From positions 19,286 through 83,285 of the forward strand of contig JAOZMT010000001.1 of NCBI GenBank assembly GCA_029934175.1: a stretch of DNA of 64,000 nucleotides. Direction: 5' to 3'. Below are positions 1 through 9,200 of the stretch, piece by piece (the first letter of the stretch is position 1; each line of letters opens with the position of its first letter). The translations under genes were made by a program, and so were the position numbers. Below the pieces are notes generated by a model. That model ran no database searches and was not told where the DNA came from. It was given only the letters and a program-made list of their open reading frames with translations. The DNA comes from Victivallales bacterium. GTDB taxonomy: Bacteria; Verrucomicrobiota; Lentisphaeria; Victivallales; JAUVCU01.

Positions 1-1
1 G

Positions 2-2014
2 AAAAAGATAGCTGTTCAAGAACTTTCCAAAATGGGTGAAGGTATGGCATATTATGTTGAACAGATTAAAAAAGCAGAAGATCCTTTAACTGCTATAATG
101 ACGGCGGTTGGAGTGTTAGGATTAGTAATGTATGATTTAAATGAAAGAGTAGAAGAGAGTAAAGATAGAGTAGAAAAACTTCATGAATCATTGAAAGAAA
201 AGTTAAATAAGAGTGTAGATGAACTTTTCGATGAATTAAAAGATTTAGTAATGTGTTGGTTGAATTTTAATAGAGCATTAAAAGAAGAAGAAGTAAAAAA
301 ATTGACTGATTCTTTAGATAAAATGACTAAAATTTTGAGAGCAATAGGAACTGATATATCTCCTAAAGTTATAATACAACTTAAGAAAATTTTCCTTTGG
401 ATTATACAATTAGCTAAAGCTGGGAAATTGTCATCAGCTGATCTTAGAACAGTTGTAGTTTCCTTACAGCAATTAATTTTAGCCATTCCAGAAGATAAAC
501 GTGCTGGAGTTCTTAATTGGTTTGCTAATATGTTGAAATTACTTGTAAGAATGGGAGTAATTGGCAAGAAAGATTTTGTGGAAATGGCTAAGGCATTGAG
601 ACAATGGGCAGCTTTATTACCAGATGAACAAGCTATAAGATTTCTTACAGTATTGATGGATTTGTGCCGTCAAATGGGCGTATTTGAGCAAGTATTTGGT
701 GAATTAGGAAAGACTATGATGAAAGTTCCAATTGCTGATCAATTGAAAAAATTACGTGATGAATTGACTAAGCTAGAGCCATTTGAAGCTTATACAAGAA
801 TTAGGATTAGACAGATTAATAGAGAAATTGCTGCAATGAGAAGACAGCGTCAAGAATATCAGAGACACGTTAATGCGTTGAATGTATTGATAGGTATGAA
901 ACAGAATTGGATGCGGACAAGCATTCAGGCTTCTGAAGAAGCTTTTGCTGCTGAAGAAAGAAGATGGATGCGTTGGGAAGGATTAACACAACAAGAAATA
1001 AAGACAGCAGAACAAGCAGAAAGATTAGTTAGTTATGCCCATCGTAGAGAATCAAGAGCGCAAGATTTGTATGTTAAGGCATTGGATTATAGGGAAAAAG
1101 CCTTAAGTTATTATCGTAAAGCGGCAGATTATGCAAGGAAAGGCGATGTACAAGCTGCTAGAGCTGCATTATCACAGGCTAATTTCTTCTGGCAAACATC
1201 CGAGCAATATTATAGTTTGACTGAAAGAAATTTACAACGTGCCATTTCAATACTTCAGCAAATTCCAGAAGGATTGAAGACGCCAGAAGTACAACAATTT
1301 ATAGATATGTTGAGAGATGATCTTGATGAGATTGCAGAAAAACGTGCTAGAGACATTGAAGATATTAAAGATGCTGAATCAGATAGTCTTGATATGCTTA
1401 TGCGTGAACGTGAAGAATATGAAAAACTTATTGATCAACTTGATAAAGAGATAGAACGTCAAGAAAAAATAGTAAAGAAATTTCAAGATGCATTGGATAA
1501 TATTTCATTACTTAGAACTGAATTTGAAGCAATCCAAAAAATAAAAGATATATATCCAAAAGTTGATTTCAGAGATTTAAATCAATTAATGAAAATTTTG
1601 GAAGATTATATAAAGAAATTGCAAAAGGCATTAGAATTACAGAAACAATTAGGAAAGACAAAACCAACTACACCGCCAACTGGTATGCAATTAGGTGGTT
1701 TAGTAACTGGATTTGGAACTGGCGATAGAATTCCAGCATTGTTAGAACCTGGTGAATTTGTATTGAAAAAGAAAGTTGTTGAATCATATGGTTTGAAATT
1801 CTTAAATGCCTTGAATAATTTACAATTTCCAAAAGAAATGTTTAGACCTTATCAAGGCGGTGGTGAAGTCCAAACAATTGAAGGAGTTAAAAGAACTGTG
1901 AATCTCAATTTAGTAATTGGAACAGAAACATTTCCAGTGGTGACTTCTGAAGAGGTTGCCAATAAATTAGAGAAATTTTTAACAAGAAAAAGATTAGTTG
2001 GAAGAAATGCTTAG
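2..2014 (+). CDS. tail tape-measure-like protein, 5'-truncated by the window edge
   Basis: The frame is open from nt 2 through the first ATG at 32, so the ORF probably starts upstream. Long E/K/R/Q/L-rich coiled-coil-type sequence. The Gly-rich C-terminal block GGLVTGFGTGDRIPALLEPGEFVLKK..FLNALNN resembles TMP C-termini. It lies directly upstream of baseplate and fibre genes. Confidence 0.55.
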   Translation, partial: KKIAVQELSKMGEGMAYYVEQIKKAEDPLTAIMTAVGVLGLVMYDLNERVEESKDRVEKLHESLKEKLNKSVDELFDELKDLVMCWLNFNRALKEEEVKKLTDSLDKMTKILRAIGTDISPKVIIQLKKIFLWIIQLAKAGKLSSADLRTVVVSLQQLILAIPEDKRAGVLNWFANMLKLLVRMGVIGKKDFVEMAKALRQWAALLPDEQAIRFLTVLMDLCRQMGVFEQVFGELGKTMMKVPIADQLKKLRDELTKLEPFEAYTRIRIRQINREIAAMRRQRQEYQRHVNALNVLIGMKQNWMRTSIQASEEAFAAEERRWMRWEGLTQQEIKTAEQAERLVSYAHRRESRAQDLYVKALDYREKALSYYRKAADYARKGDVQAARAALSQANFFWQTSEQYYSLTERNLQRAISILQQIPEGLKTPEVQQFIDMLRDDLDEIAEKRARDIEDIKDAESDSLDMLMREREEYEKLIDQLDKEIERQEKIVKKFQDALDNISLLRTEFEAIQKIKDIYPKVDFRDLNQLMKILEDYIKKLQKALELQKQLGKTKPTTPPTGMQLGGLVTGFGTGDRIPALLEPGEFVLKKKVVESYGLKFLNALNNLQFPKEMFRPYQGGGEVQTIEGVKRTVNLNLVIGTETFPVVTSEEVANKLEKFLTRKRLVGRNA

Positions 2015-2017
2015 AAT

Positions 2018-2046
2018 TTGCAAAAGTTCAAGTTTTATGTTATAAA
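2018..2046 (+). promoter_or_regulatory. sigma70-like promoter TTGCAA-N17-TATAAA with TGT extended -10
   Basis: TTGCAA at 2018-2023, a 17-nt spacer ending in TGT, and TATAAA at 2041-2046. It sits about 30 nt upstream of the ORF 2076 start. Confidence 0.4.
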
Positions 2047-2075
2047 GAAGAAATAAAAAGTGGAGGTTTTTAACA

Positions 2076-2654
2076 ATGGCAGCAACAGTAGCAGTAGAAG
2101 AATTAAATGGCCCAGAAAGTCCAGGCCCAACTGCAAATGAAATTACAAGTGCCAGATTTTGTACTGCTGACACATACAATCCTGGTTTAAATTATCCAAT
2201 TCCAATTCCTGATTCAGGTTTTCATTATAGTTATTGGAAGAATCATAGGATAAAATTTACAGGTAGTTTTACAAAGATTAATAATATTAGATGGTATTGC
2301 GATGGTACTATTGGATGGACATTGGGAACTAATGGTGAAGTTCGTGTTGGCGTAAGGGATACTGGTGATAATGGATGTCCTGATTCCGATTATCAGCAAG
2401 CAGATGGAACCCAAGGTACAACAGGTCATCCAATAGAAGACGCTACAAATGGACATGCTTACTATAAGAATCAGACGGATAAAGTTAAAAATGTAGAAAA
2501 TTATACTTCTTCTAATCCGTTAGTAGTGGATACTACGGATTATACATCAGAAGGACATAGTAAACATGTAGTGCTACAGTGCAAAGTGGCATCGGACGCC
2601 AGCCACGGGCAACAAAGTTCAGAGACTTTGACTTGGATTTGGGATGAAATATAA
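2076..2654 (+). CDS. hypothetical virion/tail structural protein
   Basis: 192-aa ORF. GGAGG at 2062-2066 lies 9 nt before the ATG. It has its own promoter and is followed by a strong hairpin. No family recognised. Confidence 0.7.
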   Translation: MAATVAVEELNGPESPGPTANEITSARFCTADTYNPGLNYPIPIPDSGFHYSYWKNHRIKFTGSFTKINNIRWYCDGTIGWTLGTNGEVRVGVRDTGDNGCPDSDYQQADGTQGTTGHPIEDATNGHAYYKNQTDKVKNVENYTSSNPLVVDTTDYTSEGHSKHVVLQCKVASDASHGQQSSETLTWIWDEI

Positions 2655-2730
2655 TTGATATATCTAGAATTTCTGAAAATATCATTTAGAATAACCTGCA
2701 ATTGAATAGAATAAAGAATTCATAACTTCA

Positions 2731-2770
2731 GTCCCATTCTATAATCCAAGTCGGGTTATCAGAATGGGAC
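2731..2770 (+). terminator. long RNA hairpin (attenuator/terminator-like, no U-tract)
   Basis: Perfect 10-bp stem GTCCCATTCT / AGAATGGGAC. The 20-nt loop can pair further (ATAA/TTAT). It lies in the intergenic gap between ORF 2076 and ORF 2790. Confidence 0.3.
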
Positions 2771-2789
2771 GGATTATTGTCTATAAACA

Positions 2790-3164
2790 ATGGTAAAAAT
2801 TGACACAATAGAATTACCAGACCTAATTTGGGTAGATGAATTTGATTATCTATCCACATCTTCTTCCAAAGATAGAACTTTGGGATATAATGTCCTAGTC
2901 TGGTCTTCCAAGAATAAATTCCAAAGAAATATTACATTGCAAGGTGATGAAAATAGAGCTTGGCTGACAAGGAAACAAGTAAAAGAATTGGAAAAATTAG
3001 CTTCTATTCCAGATGCTGTATTTGATTTTGAATATAATGGGAAAAAATATAAAGTTAGATTCAGACATGAAGATGTTCCAATTGAAGTATATCCAATTTT
3101 GCCAAGAACTAATCCAGATGATAAAGATTATTATTATGGAACTATAAGATTACAAGAGGTTTAG
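2790..3164 (+). CDS. small tail-associated protein, stand-alone copy of the C-terminal domain of ORF 3172
   Basis: The whole 124 aa aligns by eye with the last ~125 aa of ORF 3172 (LIW.DEF, WLTRKQV, ASIP, YNGK.Y.VRFR.ED.P, PILPR.N..D.DYYYGTI.L). Confidence 0.75.
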   Translation: MVKIDTIELPDLIWVDEFDYLSTSSSKDRTLGYNVLVWSSKNKFQRNITLQGDENRAWLTRKQVKELEKLASIPDAVFDFEYNGKKYKVRFRHEDVPIEVYPILPRTNPDDKDYYYGTIRLQEV

Positions 3165-3171
3165 TTTTTTT

Positions 3172-4770
3172 ATGGGGTGGTTAAGTAATTGGCAATATAG
3201 AAAAAAAATTACCATTCAAGGACAATCAGGTGCTGGAACTGATTATCAAGTACTACTCAAAGTTGGAGAAAGTTCTGGCGCTTCAGGATATGATTTTCAT
3301 GTAGAAGGGCACTCAGCTAATTTTCCAAGTGATAAGAACCAATCTGGCGATTTACGTTTCACTAAAAGCGATGGTACTACTTTACTAAAATTTTGGGTAG
3401 AAAAAGTAGAAGGAACATCTCCTAATCGTGTAGCATATTGCTGGGTAAAAATTGAAGATAATCTTGATAATAATGTAGATATTTATTGCTATTATGGTAA
3501 TTCTAGTACAACTAATGTAAGTAGTGGTGATGATACTTTCCTATTATTTGATGATTTTAATGGTTCTAATTTAGATACGAATAAATGGAATGAGCTTAAC
3601 TCAGGACCTTTATCATTTAGTAATAGTATAATGAGCATAAAAAGTGATACTGAAAATACGAATCATGATATTTATTCGAAAGATGCATTTTCTTATGGAC
3701 ATTGTTTGAGAGGACGGGTGGCAATTAAACAGAAAACATGTTTTGCTTTTGAAAATTCCAATCATACTGAAGGTGTTTTGGAATGGTATGATGCTAGTGA
3801 TAATTGGAACTTTGGTGTTAGAACAGGTGGATCACTTAATTTTGATAGTCTTGGCAGCGCAGATATTGGTGCGTGGCATATAGATGAAATTATATACAAA
3901 TCAGGTGAAGGAAAATTACGTCGAGATGGCGTTGATAAAGCTACTAAAACTTCAGGAGTACCTACTATTGCCCTTCCTGTTAATAGTCGGAGTTGGTCAA
4001 GTACGAACGAGATACAAGTTGATTGGATCGCTGTTCGTAAGTATATTTCTCCAGAACCATCCTTTTCTTCAGCTTCAGGTGAAGAAAAAGAAGTAACAGA
4101 AACTTACGCAATTAATGTATTATTGCAGAATTTAGAGAATAAAAATTATAATATAGATTTATTAGTAAAGAAAATTTTGGATAAAAATTATGATATAAGC
4201 ACATTATTGCAAAAAATTATATATAAGAATTATAATATAAGTTCGTTACTACAAGAATTAATAAGTAAAAATTATGATATAAATTTGTTAATACAACATC
4301 TAAATATTTCTTTTGATTGTTTAATTAATGCTTTATTTCAAGCTACAAAATCATATTCGTATAATCTTGAAATTTCGTTATTTGATACTAATTATATCTT
4401 TTTTGATGGCATGATATTGCAATTAATTTGGAATGATGAGTTTAATAATTCAGAAATAGACGCAATTAAGCGATTGACTTTAGCACAAAGTTATAATATT
4501 CAAGAATTTAATGTATGTGAAAAACCAATTACTTTGGAAGCTACGGAAAATCAAGGTTGGTTAACTAGAAAACAGGTAGAAATGCTTTATCAAAAGGCAT
4601 CAATTCCAAATAAGACATATCCATTGATATATAATGGAAAGCATTATTTAGTTAGATTTAGATGGGAAGATCCACCAGTTATTGATGTAACGCCTATTTT
4701 GCCAAGGCCAAATATGGCAGATGATGATTACTATTATGGAACCATAAAATTAATGCAAATATTAAGATAA
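3172..4770 (+). CDS. DUF2341 + LamG-like fibre/adhesin protein
   Basis: The N-terminus W.YRKKITI..GDLRF..WVK..YCYYGN matches the DUF2341 signature. It is followed by a DDFNGSNLDTNKW concanavalin/LamG-like region and the linker RKYISPEPSFSSAS. Then come four 14-aa KNY.I..LL repeats and a C-terminal ORF2790-like domain. Confidence 0.85.
   Translation: MGWLSNWQYRKKITIQGQSGAGTDYQVLLKVGESSGASGYDFHVEGHSANFPSDKNQSGDLRFTKSDGTTLLKFWVEKVEGTSPNRVAYCWVKIEDNLDNNVDIYCYYGNSSTTNVSSGDDTFLLFDDFNGSNLDTNKWNELNSGPLSFSNSIMSIKSDTENTNHDIYSKDAFSYGHCLRGRVAIKQKTCFAFENSNHTEGVLEWYDASDNWNFGVRTGGSLNFDSLGSADIGAWHIDEIIYKSGEGKLRRDGVDKATKTSGVPTIALPVNSRSWSSTNEIQVDWIAVRKYISPEPSFSSASGEEKEVTETYAINVLLQNLENKNYNIDLLVKKILDKNYDISTLLQKIIYKNYNISSLLQELISKNYDINLLIQHLNISFDCLINALFQATKSYSYNLEISLFDTNYIFFDGMILQLIWNDEFNNSEIDAIKRLTLAQSYNIQEFNVCEKPITLEATENQGWLTRKQVEMLYQKASIPNKTYPLIYNGKHYLVRFRWEDPPVIDVTPILPRPNMADDDYYYGTIKLMQILR
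3190..3558 (+). repeat. DUF2341 cassette, DNA-level copy 1 of 4
   Basis: Long runs are identical in nucleotide sequence to 6228-6593 and 7227-7595 (for example ggtgctggaactgattatcaagtactact, gaaagttctggcgcttcaggatatgattttcatgt). Confidence 0.9.
4100..4345 (+). repeat. tandem 42-bp (14-aa) intragenic repeats KNY(N/D)I..LL......
   Basis: Four consecutive KNY-initiated 14-residue units are visible in the translation, with flanking degenerate units. Confidence 0.8.
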
Positions 4771-4787
4771 AATGGAGGTTTAAAATC

Positions 4788-6188
4788 ATGGCAATATCTA
4801 GATCAGATATTGTATTTGTAAAATCAGAAACAGTTACAGATAGCAATACAAATGGTGGCAGAAAAAGTTATATTGAAATTCCCAATAGGACGAAGTATAA
4901 TTTATTTCCACGTGTGACTAAACCTGAGAGAGATAATGGAATTACAAGATACAGAAAAGAATTTATTTGGAATAAAAATGCTGATAATGAAAGTGTTTTC
5001 GGTGCTATGATTTACTTGCTATTTCCTTCACCCGCAAATGATAGATTTTATTTAGCTTTAGGAACACAGACTGATGTTCAAGGCGATATAGATGATAGTT
5101 ATAAATGGTATTCAGGTGGAAAATTAAATGCTGATGTAACTGCTGGTTCGCAGCAAATCCAAATCTTATTTGAAAGTAATGATGTTTATATTGACAATGA
5201 CCTTTACATTGCGATTTCTTCACAATTCAAAACAAACCAGACTATAGATAGTGGTGTTAAACCGTTTGATCCAGTCTATTATAATGGAAGTAAATGGATA
5301 AAGCAATCTGCACCAAGCCCATCTCAAGAAGATAATTATCCTTATGGAACATATTTGGGCAATAATGTAGTTTTCACTTATCATTCTGAAGGTCATATTG
5401 AATATATAAAAACTGCTAATGACAAATATGAAAATGAAAATTTAAGCGGTTCAGGTTCTGGCCCTTATACTGGACAAAATGGTGGAAAATTATTACATCC
5501 ACCAATAAAAAAACAGACTGTTACTGTTAAATATGCATTTAATGGTATTGATTATGAAGCTACTGATGATGGTAATGGAAACATTACTGGGACAAATGTT
5601 TCAGATGGTAGCGTAAATTATGAAACTGGTGAAATTAGTATAACATTTTCCGATACACCAGATTCTACGCCAACAGTTGATTATTATAAAAGATGCTATA
5701 CTTGGTCTGGTAATGTTTGTACCATAAATCTTGCGGATCAAGTTGCTAATAGTTATAATGCAGACAATACTTATTGTGGCATTTGTCTATCACTTGGCGA
5801 AATAAAAACAAGTCTTTCAGATGTAACTGTGAATTCTGCAAATGGTAATTTTGATGAATCAAAAGTTTCATTAGATAATCAGGGGACTGTGGAAGATACT
5901 TGGACTTTAACTTTTACAGATAGTTCACATTTTACATGTAGTGGTTCACTTGAAGGAAATGTAGGTACAGGAACAATTACATCTAATTTTTCACCAACAA
6001 ATACCAATACATCTAAACCATATTTTACAATAGATTCTACCGCTTGGTCTGGAAGTTTTGAAGCCAATGATAAAATTACATTTAAGACACATCCTTCTGC
6101 CAAAGGAATTTGGTTGAAAGAAGTTGTACCAGCAGGCTCAGATGCATATAGTAACAATGGTATTCTCATGGAAGTTTATATTGAATAA
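4788..6188 (+). CDS. hypothetical tail/baseplate structural protein
   Basis: 466-aa ORF with GGAGG 9 nt upstream. Ser/Thr/Asn/Gly-rich beta-type composition. It is embedded between fibre genes. Confidence 0.75.
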   Translation: MAISRSDIVFVKSETVTDSNTNGGRKSYIEIPNRTKYNLFPRVTKPERDNGITRYRKEFIWNKNADNESVFGAMIYLLFPSPANDRFYLALGTQTDVQGDIDDSYKWYSGGKLNADVTAGSQQIQILFESNDVYIDNDLYIAISSQFKTNQTIDSGVKPFDPVYYNGSKWIKQSAPSPSQEDNYPYGTYLGNNVVFTYHSEGHIEYIKTANDKYENENLSGSGSGPYTGQNGGKLLHPPIKKQTVTVKYAFNGIDYEATDDGNGNITGTNVSDGSVNYETGEISITFSDTPDSTPTVDYYKRCYTWSGNVCTINLADQVANSYNADNTYCGICLSLGEIKTSLSDVTVNSANGNFDESKVSLDNQGTVEDTWTLTFTDSSHFTCSGSLEGNVGTGTITSNFSPTNTNTSKPYFTIDSTAWSGSFEANDKITFKTHPSAKGIWLKEVVPAGSDAYSNNGILMEVYIE

Positions 6189-6209
6189 ATTTGATTGGGA
6201 GGATTAGAA

Positions 6210-9200
6210 TTGAGTTGGTTATCCGATTGGCAATATAGAAAAAAAATCACAATACAAGGCCAATCTGGTGCTGGAACTGATTATCAAGTACTACTAAAAG
6301 TAGGTGAAAGTTCTGGCGCTTCAGGATATGATTTTCATGTGGAAGGCCATTCAGCTAATTTCCCTAGTGATACTAACCAATCTGGTGATTTAAGGTTCAC
6401 TAAAAGCGATGGTACTACTTTACTAAAATTTTGGGTAGAAAAAGTAGAAGGAACATCACCTAATCGTGTAGCATATTGCTGGGTAAAAATTGCTGATAAT
6501 TTAGATAACAATGTAAATATTTATTGTTATTATGGTAATCCTAATGCTGACAATGTAAGTAATGGTGATGATACTTTCATTTTCTTTGATGATGCCTCAT
6601 CCAATAAATCAGCTAATTATGAGTGGGTGGACATTTATGACACTCCATTCTCACCCGTGTTGTTTTATGACTCGGCAAATAAGGAATATGATCTGTCCCA
6701 TTCTGATCACGATAATGAATTTCTCAAAATCAAGGATGTGGCAATATCCAATGTTTGTGCCAGAGCCAAGTTCAAGATCACTGATTCAGAACCTACTAAT
6801 CCAAACGATCAATTTGGTTTTTTTCTAAGACATTCTGGCCTTGCAAGGCCTAATGATAAGGGTTATCTTCTTCGATTCAATAGATTCACCGAGCCAAATC
6901 GTATTAGTATTCATGCAGAAGATGGCGGAATTAATGAGACGAGCCTTGCAACAGCTAATCTTTCCGAAAATATCAATTTAAATGATTTTTATGAATTTGA
7001 AGCTAAAGTTTATGGAAATAATTTTTCTTGTTCAATAAGAAAATTGGATGGCACTGAATTAGCTTCTACATCTGCATCTGATTCTACGTATAATTATGAT
7101 AAAATTGCTGTACAATTTGCTTATCATCAAACTACTAAAGTTTCATTCAAGGATTTAATTATTAGAAAATACATTTCTCCAGAACCATCTTTCTCTTCAG
7201 CTTCAAGTGAATTAAATACAAGTAATTGGAATTATAGAAAAAAAATTACCATTCAAGGACAATCTGGTGCTGGAACTGATTATCAAGTACTACTAAAAGT
7301 AGGTGAAAGTTCTGGCGCTTCAGGATGCGATTTTCACGTAGAAGGCCATTCTGCTAACTTTCCAAACGATACTAATCAGTCTGGCGATTTGCGTTTCACT
7401 AAAAGTGATGGTACTACTCTATTAAGCTTTTGGGTAGAAAAAGTTGAAGGCACATCACCTAATCGTGTAGCATATTGTTGGGTAAAAATTACTGACAATC
7501 TTGATAATAATGTAGATATTTACTGTTATTATGGTAATTCTGGTGCAACTAATATAAGTAATGGTGATGATACTTTCATTTTCTTTGATGATTTTCAGGG
7601 TTCATCACTTGATTCTAACAAATGGGACGGTGATGGCAGTTATTCAGTGGCCGATGGCCATATTACCTTGCAGGCAGGTGGAAATATAAAGTCGAAGAAT
7701 GAATTTGCAATGGAGAACACTACAGTTGAAGCGTTGGTCAAAGTCGATTCTAACTACAGATTGTTACTTGCATATATGGAGCGCAAAGTTCAGTATGATG
7801 TGCCTGGCTCATCTTTTGGAGAATGGCAGTTATGGGATAATAGTGGAAACAAATTAGATCATTTTGATGGATTAGATCCTACTGTTGGTTCATATCAATG
7901 GTGGAAATTACGATATCTTTCGAACGAAATTAAAATTTACTTGGATGCTGATTATGTTGGTAATTTTTCCGATTCTTATAGAACAACTTCTAAAGTTGAA
8001 GCTTATCATTGGTATTCTGGAACAACAGAAATTGATCAATGTCGTATAAGAAAATATATTTCTCCAGAACCATCTTTTCTTTCAGTTTCTACTGAACAAT
8101 TAAATAAATTGAATGTAACCGATTGGCAATATAGAAAGAAAATCACCATCCAAGGCCAATCTGGCGCTGGAACTAATTATCAGGTATTGCTTAAAGTAGG
8201 AGAAAGTCTTGCTCCATCTAGTGCTGATGATAACTTTGATGATAATATAATAAATACTTATTTATGGAAGAAGATAATACATGGCAATAATGTAAAAATA
8301 GAAGAGAAGAATGGAAGGATAGAAGCTTCAATAACTGCTACTGAAGGAACGAATTATGGTCTTTTACAAAGTAAATTTCATTTATCTGGTGATTTTGATA
8401 TCCAAATAGATTTTTCAAATTTAAATCTAGAAAATAAAAATTTCACATTTGCTCGTGGTTTCGAAGTAGTAGTCGATTCATTAAATTATGCCTATTGTCA
8501 ATTGCAGTATGCAAGTGGTACTGGACGAGCATATCATGCTGGAATTAAAGTTAATGGAAATGAAACTTATAATGATATATCTTCAAGTCATACTTCTGGT
8601 AAATTTCGAATTACCAGACAAGGTCAGACATTAACTTGTTATTATTGGGATGGTTCTGATTGGCAGCAGATTCATCAAAGAACAGATTTTTCTACTGAAA
8701 ATGTTTATGTAAATACTTGTTATGTATATAATACTAATCAATGTGGTCAAGTTTCAGTTCATTTTGATAATTTTAAAGTCAATGAAGGAACAATTTTAAA
8801 TTTAAAGCCATTTGATTTTGACGTAGAAAGTCATTCTGCTAACTTTCCTAATGCTAATGATAATTTCGACGATAATATAATAGATAGTTATCTATGGAGA
8901 AAAATAATAAGTGGTAATGTTACTTTAGAAGAGCAAAATGGAAGAATAGAAGCTTCAATATCAGCAACGTCTGGAACTAATACTGGTAAATTAAGAAGTA
9001 AATTTTTCTTGTCTGGTAATTTTGATATCCAAATAGATTTTTCAAATTTGAATTTAGAAAGTAAGGAATTCGGTTTCATACGTCTAGCAATAACTGTTGA
9101 TAGTGACAATTATGCTTATTGCCAAAGAGAATATAGAAATTCTTATGGTCATAATTATTATGCTGGGATTAAAATCAATGGCAGCGAAACCGATGGTCAT

